A stretch of DNA of 58,227 nt, taken from contig CAYYND010000001.1 of the NCBI GenBank assembly GCA_964472845.1, positions 5,427-63,653 on the forward strand, in the 5' to 3' direction. Position 1 is the first letter of the stretch; each line of letters begins with the position of its first letter. The DNA comes from an uncultured Lachnospiraceae bacterium (GTDB lineage: Bacteria > Bacillota > Clostridia > Oscillospirales > CAG-272). Positions 53,048 through 58,227 of this stretch are shown here, piece by piece. Both the position numbers and the translations under genes were made by a program. Under the pieces are notes generated by a model. That model made no database searches, was not told where the DNA came from, and saw only the letters and a list, made by a program, of their open reading frames with translations.

Positions 53048-54538
53048 CTATCTCCTTCTTCTGCGTATCCACAGGCAAAGTCCCGGGACGAATATAGCCA
53101 GCGGTATGACCGCTATAAACATAACGCTCCAGAGTCTCGCCGCACCCTCTGATACCGTCAGTGTAGGCTCGTCGAGCGAGCTTCCGCTGATGGGGGCAAG
53201 CTCGGACTCAAAGGAGTCGAACATCCAATTCAGCGAATAGAGGTAGTAGTAATAGTTTCCGTATGAGACTGCGGATGCTACCGTATCCGTGAGCATTTCG
53301 GATGACGAGAACCATACGATCTTTGACGTTCCGCTATCGACCGTTTCGCTCAGTGCGACGCCGAGGTTGTAGGATGCTTTTTCACTGCTTTCGGAGTCAT
53401 CGACCTTGAGGTAAGAGGAATCGGATGTGCTGAAAAGTATTTCGGACTTTACATTTCTTACGCTCGAGAGTGCTATGGCGTGAGCCGACGGTATAAGTGC
53501 CTTGTAGTTGTTGCTTATGATATCCGCGGTTATCGCGTGTGTGCTGTTTACCTTCGGATAGATCTTATACGGTGTGTTTGCGGTATGATTTGAGGAATTG
53601 CCCTCATATACCATACCCTGAAGTGCGGAGGCTCCGTAATATTCGAGTACTGACAAAAGATTGGTCTTGTCGGTATCGTTGTAGTTTGTTGAAACAAACA
53701 GATGCCCGCCGTCCTTGAGGTATTCGAGCAGCTTGTCGGCTTCATTCTTAGTGATATCGTTTAGAGGATCTACGATTATCACGCACGACGCATTGTCGGG
53801 GATGGCTGCCGAGTCGTTTACGATATCAAGTGTCTCGTATTCGATATTGTAGCTTTCCATCGCGCTGAGCAGGGTTGCGGACAGCGCAGCCTCGCCGTGA
53901 CCGGAAAGGATATATGCTTTCGGAATGCTTTCCGTAGTAACATATTCGATGGCACTCGTCAGCACGTTTTCCGCATCAAAATACAGGGACGGGGAATATC
54001 CGTTGTATTGAAGCATCAGAAGCGTGTAAGAATCGGTCGGATCTATCCTGCCGTAGCCTTCGGCGTAGTAATAGTAGAGGGATGCGTTGTCTATAACTTT
54101 ATATCTTTTTTCGCTCTCGACTATGAAGCTGTGATTGGAAAGCGTGCTTTCCGTGTACTTTGAAACGAAGGTCGGATCCTTGACGGGATCGATGACCCGG
54201 ATCTGTATCTTGGATGAAAAGCCGACGTAACGTTCCGTAAGCGTCAGAAGCTCGGCGTCCGTCTCACCGTTCTCGCATATCATATACAGAGTTACGTTTT
54301 CCGAAAGCTTGTGAAGAAATTTTTCCGTGGTCTCCGAGATCGTGAATTTTCCCGATGTGCTCGTATCAAGCACGGTGTATTTTGAGGGAAGGGCGCTGAT
54401 CAGAAGATTTACTACTATCAGCACCGCAAGAAGCACGGCTGATACCGCAATTGTATAAGAGCCCGCCTTTGATCTTCGGTCGAAGAGGGGGCTTTTTGCT
54501 TTTTGGCTTGAATTAATGCTTGTGTTTTTCTGTTCCAT
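53048..54538 (-). CDS. GldG-like ABC transporter auxiliary protein (ABC-type uncharacterised transport system)
   Basis: N- and C-terminal TM anchors flank a large extracytoplasmic domain. The position after the ABC-2 permease matches the gldA-gldF-gldG order. Confidence 0.6.
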   Translation of the reverse strand: MEQKNTSINSSQKAKSPLFDRRSKAGSYTIAVSAVLLAVLIVVNLLISALPSKYTVLDTSTSGKFTISETTEKFLHKLSENVTLYMICENGETDAELLTLTERYVGFSSKIQIRVIDPVKDPTFVSKYTESTLSNHSFIVESEKRYKVIDNASLYYYYAEGYGRIDPTDSYTLLMLQYNGYSPSLYFDAENVLTSAIEYVTTESIPKAYILSGHGEAALSATLLSAMESYNIEYETLDIVNDSAAIPDNASCVIIVDPLNDITKNEADKLLEYLKDGGHLFVSTNYNDTDKTNLLSVLEYYGASALQGMVYEGNSSNHTANTPYKIYPKVNSTHAITADIISNNYKALIPSAHAIALSSVRNVKSEILFSTSDSSYLKVDDSESSEKASYNLGVALSETVDSGTSKIVWFSSSEMLTDTVASAVSYGNYYYYLYSLNWMFDSFESELAPISGSSLDEPTLTVSEGAARLWSVMFIAVIPLAIFVPGLCLWIRRRRR

Positions 54539-54552
54539 ATCTGCCGACCTCC

Positions 54553-55416
54553 TCAGCTCCAACGTTTTTTCTCAAGTGCCTGCACTGTAAGAAACACAAA
54601 GAAAACTATTATCGAAACGTAATAAACGACCGCGGTGAGATCAAATATTCCGTAAATGAAATTATAAAATCTGTCAAATACCGCAAGGGACGAAATACAA
54701 TTCGGCAAAAGTCCCTCAAAGAAAGATCTTTTGACATAGAAGAGTACCGACGTGGATATAATAAGTACGGCGGCGACCGATATGGAGACGATATGATTCT
54801 TGGTCAGAAAATAGAGCGCGACCGAAAGCAAGGCTGCGATTATCATAATTCCCAGGTATGAGGCGAGCGCCGTGGCGGGAATAACGGCAGCGATGATATT
54901 CATAAGGTAAAGTGCGAGGATTATCGCAAAGCTTACTACCGCGGAGATCACCTGACTTTCCGTCAGCGAAGAAACAAAGAATGATATCGCGAGCAATGCG
55001 GCGCCGAGCAGGAAGAATCCGAGCAACGCGGCAAAGCAGGAAGAATAGTCTATGATACCGAATGCGCTGAGAATGAAGGGATAGAATACCATAACTACTA
55101 TGGAGAGAAAATATACCGCGAGCAGAGCCATATATTTTGCTATGACTATGCTCGAGAGCTTCATCGGCAGCGAATAGAGCAGCTGATCAGTGCGGTTCTG
55201 CTTGTCCTCCGAGACCGCACGCATCGAAAGTACGGGAACGATGAGCATCAGCACAATCGAAAGGTTGCCGAGCGTATATTCAAACATTGCCGATTGGTTA
55301 TAAAGGTTTACTGCCGTTGCGAATATTCCCGCAAAGCAGAGCAGAAGGGCAATAAATATATATCCTGTCAGATTGGTAAAATAGCTTTTGAATTCTCTTT
55401 TGAAAATGGCTAACAT
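54553..55416 (-). CDS. ABC-2 family permease (GldF-like)
   Basis: 287 aa with about 6-7 TM segments, immediately downstream of the ATPase. Confidence 0.7.
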   Translation of the reverse strand: MLAIFKREFKSYFTNLTGYIFIALLLCFAGIFATAVNLYNQSAMFEYTLGNLSIVLMLIVPVLSMRAVSEDKQNRTDQLLYSLPMKLSSIVIAKYMALLAVYFLSIVVMVFYPFILSAFGIIDYSSCFAALLGFFLLGAALLAISFFVSSLTESQVISAVVSFAIILALYLMNIIAAVIPATALASYLGIMIIAALLSVALYFLTKNHIVSISVAAVLIISTSVLFYVKRSFFEGLLPNCISSLAVFDRFYNFIYGIFDLTAVVYYVSIIVFFVFLTVQALEKKRWS

Positions 55417-55431
55417 AAGACTCGCACCTCC

Positions 55432-56517
55432 TTATGAGAAAAGCGGCTTGTAGTCATCGCCGTCTTTATCCTCTTTGTCCTTGTCCGTGCCGTTGTCATC
55501 CTCGTTTCCGCCCTCTCCTTTTTCAACGAGATCCGTTACGGTCGGCTGATCCTGCTCGTTGTCCTCGGATCCCGAGTCGGGGGCATCCTGCGTCAGTGCA
55601 ACGAATATGCTTTCGAGCGTAACCTTTTCAAGCTCCAGCGCAACTATCGGAAGCTTTGCGTTGGCAAGCTTGTAGAATATCTCATCTCTCGGATCCGAGT
55701 CTTTTTCGACCGTCACGGTCAGCTTGCATACGCCCTCTTCGGTCGGGAGCACATCGGAGGAAGCCTCAAGCACTCCTTGGCATCCGCTTATGACCTCAAT
55801 AGCCTCACTTGCACTGCCTCTTACCGAAATATGAAGTGTATCTGATCTGTTTACCGTCGCATCAAGGTTTTCAATCGTGTCATTAGCCACGAGGTTGCCG
55901 TGCGATATTATCATAACGTGGTCGCATATCTCGGCGATCTCGGCAAGTATATGACTGCTGAGGATGACCGTCTTGGTCTGACCGAGCTTTTTTATTAGTC
56001 GGCGTATTTCTATTATCTGTATTGGGTCAAGTCCTACCGTCGGCTCGTCAAGTATTATTACATCGGGGTCACCGAGCATCGCCATCGCGATACCGACACG
56101 TTGCTTATAGCCCTTGGAAAGATTGCGGATAAGGCGATTCTTTACGTCGATTATCTGTGTGAGTTCCATTACTTCTTTTACCCGTCTCGATATCCTGTCG
56201 TAGTCCACGCCTTTGGCTTCGGCGACGAATGTAAGGTATTCAAGCGGAGTCATATCTGTATAAAGCGGAGGTATCTCGGGCAGATATCCTATACTTTTCT
56301 TTGCCTCGACGGGATCCTCGTATATATCGTGCCCGTTGACGAGGACCGTGCCTGAAGTGGCGGCGAGCGTACCCGTGATTATATTCATCGTGGTGGATTT
56401 TCCTGCGCCGTTCGGACCGAGAAATCCGTAGATCTTACCCGGTTCGATAGAGAAGCTAAGATCGTTTACGGCTGTGTGCGTGCCGTATTTTTTAACTATA
56501 CTTTTGACTTCTATCAA
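55432..56517 (-). CDS. ABC transporter ATP-binding protein (GldA-like) with an acidic C-terminal tail
   Basis: Walker A GPNGAGKST, signature LSKGYKQR and Walker B VIILDEP. About 50 aa of D/E-rich tail. Confidence 0.85.
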   Translation of the reverse strand: MIEVKSIVKKYGTHTAVNDLSFSIEPGKIYGFLGPNGAGKSTTMNIITGTLAATSGTVLVNGHDIYEDPVEAKKSIGYLPEIPPLYTDMTPLEYLTFVAEAKGVDYDRISRRVKEVMELTQIIDVKNRLIRNLSKGYKQRVGIAMAMLGDPDVIILDEPTVGLDPIQIIEIRRLIKKLGQTKTVILSSHILAEIAEICDHVMIISHGNLVANDTIENLDATVNRSDTLHISVRGSASEAIEVISGCQGVLEASSDVLPTEEGVCKLTVTVEKDSDPRDEIFYKLANAKLPIVALELEKVTLESIFVALTQDAPDSGSEDNEQDQPTVTDLVEKGEGGNEDDNGTDKDKEDKDGDDYKPLFS

Positions 56518-56722
56518 AATGCTTACCTCCGAATTTTTATTTGTTGCTTACGCGCGTTTGGCTTGTGATCATACATCATATACGATATCAAAACACTGTG
56601 TCATTCCTATGAAGATATATTGACGCTTTTATGATATTTTTTGCTTTCATTTGTTTATTTTGGCACGGAGACTTATGTCGTAAACAAACGACTTCTGAGC
56701 ATAATAAATTTTCATCTTATCG

Positions 56723-56751
56723 TTGACAATAATACTTGAATATGGTATAAT
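56723..56751 (+). promoter_or_regulatory. consensus extended -10 sigma-A promoter of glgB
   Basis: ttgaca-N17-tataat, preceded by TGg. Confidence 0.7.
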
Positions 56752-56878
56752 CTACACATATAATGAACGAATCGCTGATAATTTTTGCACAAATTATACA
56801 AAAATCGACACTTTGTTATATAAAAAGGCAAAGACCGCAAAAAACGCCGATCAGTACGAAAGGAGATGCCGATAAAAA

Positions 56879-58227
56879 ATGACGGACGGGAAAAATAATA
56901 TGAATCGGGAGCTTGCGCCGTACTATTTTCATCAAGGCACAAATTATTTTGCGTGGGAATATCTCGGGGTTCATTTTAGACCCGAGGGCTATACTTTCAG
57001 GGTATGGGCACCGGATGCCGACGGCGTTTTTTTGGTCGGCGATTTTAACGGGTGGAAGAGAGATCTGCCTATGAAGCGCGTAACGGAGCAGGGAGTTTTT
57101 GAGATATTCTGCGACAAGGAAAGTGTTAGCGCGGGGCAAAATTATAAATATTTGATACTTAACGGTGAAAAAGAGTTCTATAAAGCCGATCCGTATGCTT
57201 TTTTTGCGGAGCGTCCGCCGAATACGGCTTCCGTCGTTTACGATATAAATGCGGTAGAGAAGTACGGCTGGCACGATGCGGGTTGGCTTGAGTACCGAAA
57301 AAAGACCTTCGGAAACGGAACGACGGCTTATCCTCTGAATATCTACGAGATCCATACGCTTTCGTGGAAGCGTGACGAAAACGGTTCTCCGCTTCAGTGG
57401 CGACGGCTTGCCGAGGAACTTGCCGCTTATGTAAAGCAGATGGGATATACGCATATCGAGCTTATGCCGATAGCAGAATTCCCGTACGAGGGTTCATGGG
57501 GATATCAAGTGACGGGCTACTATGCACCTACCTCAAGGCTTGGCTCGCCGGAGGATCTGTGCGCCTTTGTGGATACGCTTCACGGTGCGGGCGTGGGAAT
57601 AATCCTTGATTGGGTCCCTGCGCATTTTCCGAAGGATGAGTACGGGCTCTTCGAATTCGACGGAAGCCCTCTCTATGAGTATCAAGGCTTCGACAGAATG
57701 GAGCACGAGGGATGGGGAACGAGACGTTTTGACGTCGGGCGCGAAGAGGTACAGAGCTTTCTTATCTCGAACGCTACCTTTTGGATAAAAAACTATCATA
57801 TCGACGGTATACGGGTAGATGCCGTCGCATCTATGCTCTACCTTGACTACGATAAGCGTCCCGGCGAGTGGATCCCGAATGTTTACGGGGACAACAGATG
57901 CCTTGAGGCTATCGCGTTCTTTAAGAAGCTGAATGCTCATATAAACGGAATGTATCCCGATGTTATAATGATAGCCGAGGAATCCACCGCCTTTGCACAT
58001 ATTACCGGGTCGGAGCACGGCGGGCTCGGATTTACCTACAAATGGAATATGGGCTGGATGAATGATATGCTTTTTTATGCGGAGAAGGATCATATATTCA
58101 GAAAATATCATCACGAAAAACTTACGTTTGCATTGACATACGCTTTTGAGGAAAATTATATATTGCCTATATCTCACGATGAGGTCGTGCACGGCAAAAA
58201 ATCTCTTATAGACAGGATGCCGGGGGA
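56879..58227 (+). CDS. glgB: 1,4-alpha-glucan branching enzyme, 5' partial (runs off the window)
   Basis: My own translation reads ...YFHQGTNYFAWEYLGVHF...FRVWAPDADGVFLVGDFNGW...HIELMPIAEFPYEGSWGYQ...DWVPAHFPKD...GIRVDAVASMLY...IAEESTAF...ISHDEVVHGK, which are GH13 branching-enzyme motifs. The start is ATG 56879 (behind aaggag, long spacing) or the in-frame ATG 56900. This ORF is absent from the supplied track because it has no stop in the window. Confidence 0.9.
   Translation, partial: MTDGKNNMNRELAPYYFHQGTNYFAWEYLGVHFRPEGYTFRVWAPDADGVFLVGDFNGWKRDLPMKRVTEQGVFEIFCDKESVSAGQNYKYLILNGEKEFYKADPYAFFAERPPNTASVVYDINAVEKYGWHDAGWLEYRKKTFGNGTTAYPLNIYEIHTLSWKRDENGSPLQWRRLAEELAAYVKQMGYTHIELMPIAEFPYEGSWGYQVTGYYAPTSRLGSPEDLCAFVDTLHGAGVGIILDWVPAHFPKDEYGLFEFDGSPLYEYQGFDRMEHEGWGTRRFDVGREEVQSFLISNATFWIKNYHIDGIRVDAVASMLYLDYDKRPGEWIPNVYGDNRCLEAIAFFKKLNAHINGMYPDVIMIAEESTAFAHITGSEHGGLGFTYKWNMGWMNDMLFYAEKDHIFRKYHHEKLTFALTYAFEENYILPISHDEVVHGKKSLIDRMPG

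Noticed and set aside
56816-58192. ORFs 56816..57454(-) and 57533..58192(-)
   Set aside because: Both are antisense to the unlisted but unmistakable glgB reading frame, which has no stop in the window and was therefore missed by the ORF track.

Overview
This 58.2-kb chromosomal window comes from an endospore-forming Firmicute. The gene content is Clostridia-like: a yabM-like/yabO/yabP/yabQ/divIC cluster and a spoIIAA-spoIIAB-sigF operon. It is densely coding on both strands, and I saw no transposase, phage or CRISPR-cas genes. Most of it is housekeeping: mtaD, rpe, ispDF, rpiB, tsaBE, glnS, gltX, a ptsH-ptsI-EIIA-EIICB PTS set, tRNA-Arg(ACG), asd, rsmI, ligA, aroQ, hpf and the 5' part of glgB. 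There are also several transporters: a TetR-controlled ABC-2 exporter, a P-type Ca2+-ATPase, two tandem CaCA antiporters, an MFS transporter, and a GldA/F/G-like ABC system with a DUF4340 protein.

The most interesting locus is on the minus strand at 35.7-42.2 kb. A consensus promoter and a cobalamin-riboswitch-like leader precede six tightly packed genes:
- a small basic protein;
- a sortase-anchored DUF4430 protein;
- a secreted alpha/alpha-toroid protein joined by a two-helix membrane hairpin to a C-terminal DUF4430 domain, which resembles a split transcobalamin;
- a dedicated ECF transporter (EcfT, fused EcfA-A', S component).
I read this as a candidate Gram-positive cell-surface corrinoid capture and import system.

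The second notable signal is a family of modular palindromic repeats, as tandem arrays and TIR-bounded MITE-like units. They sit exactly at four gene 3' ends (about 3.5, 5.4, 19.8 and 25.3 kb), and one splits the PTS gene set.

Smaller observations include an apparent 2-nt frameshift at the 5' end of rpe, an HPr with an acidic insertion and no Ser46, three unknown ORFs just upstream of spoIIA, and a lipoprotein S1C protease with collagen-like triplets. Several promoters are exact TTGACA-N17-TATAAT matches.

All product calls come from recognising motifs by eye in the supplied translations. No database search, HMM or covariance model could be run. Coordinates of non-ORF features may be off by a few nt.
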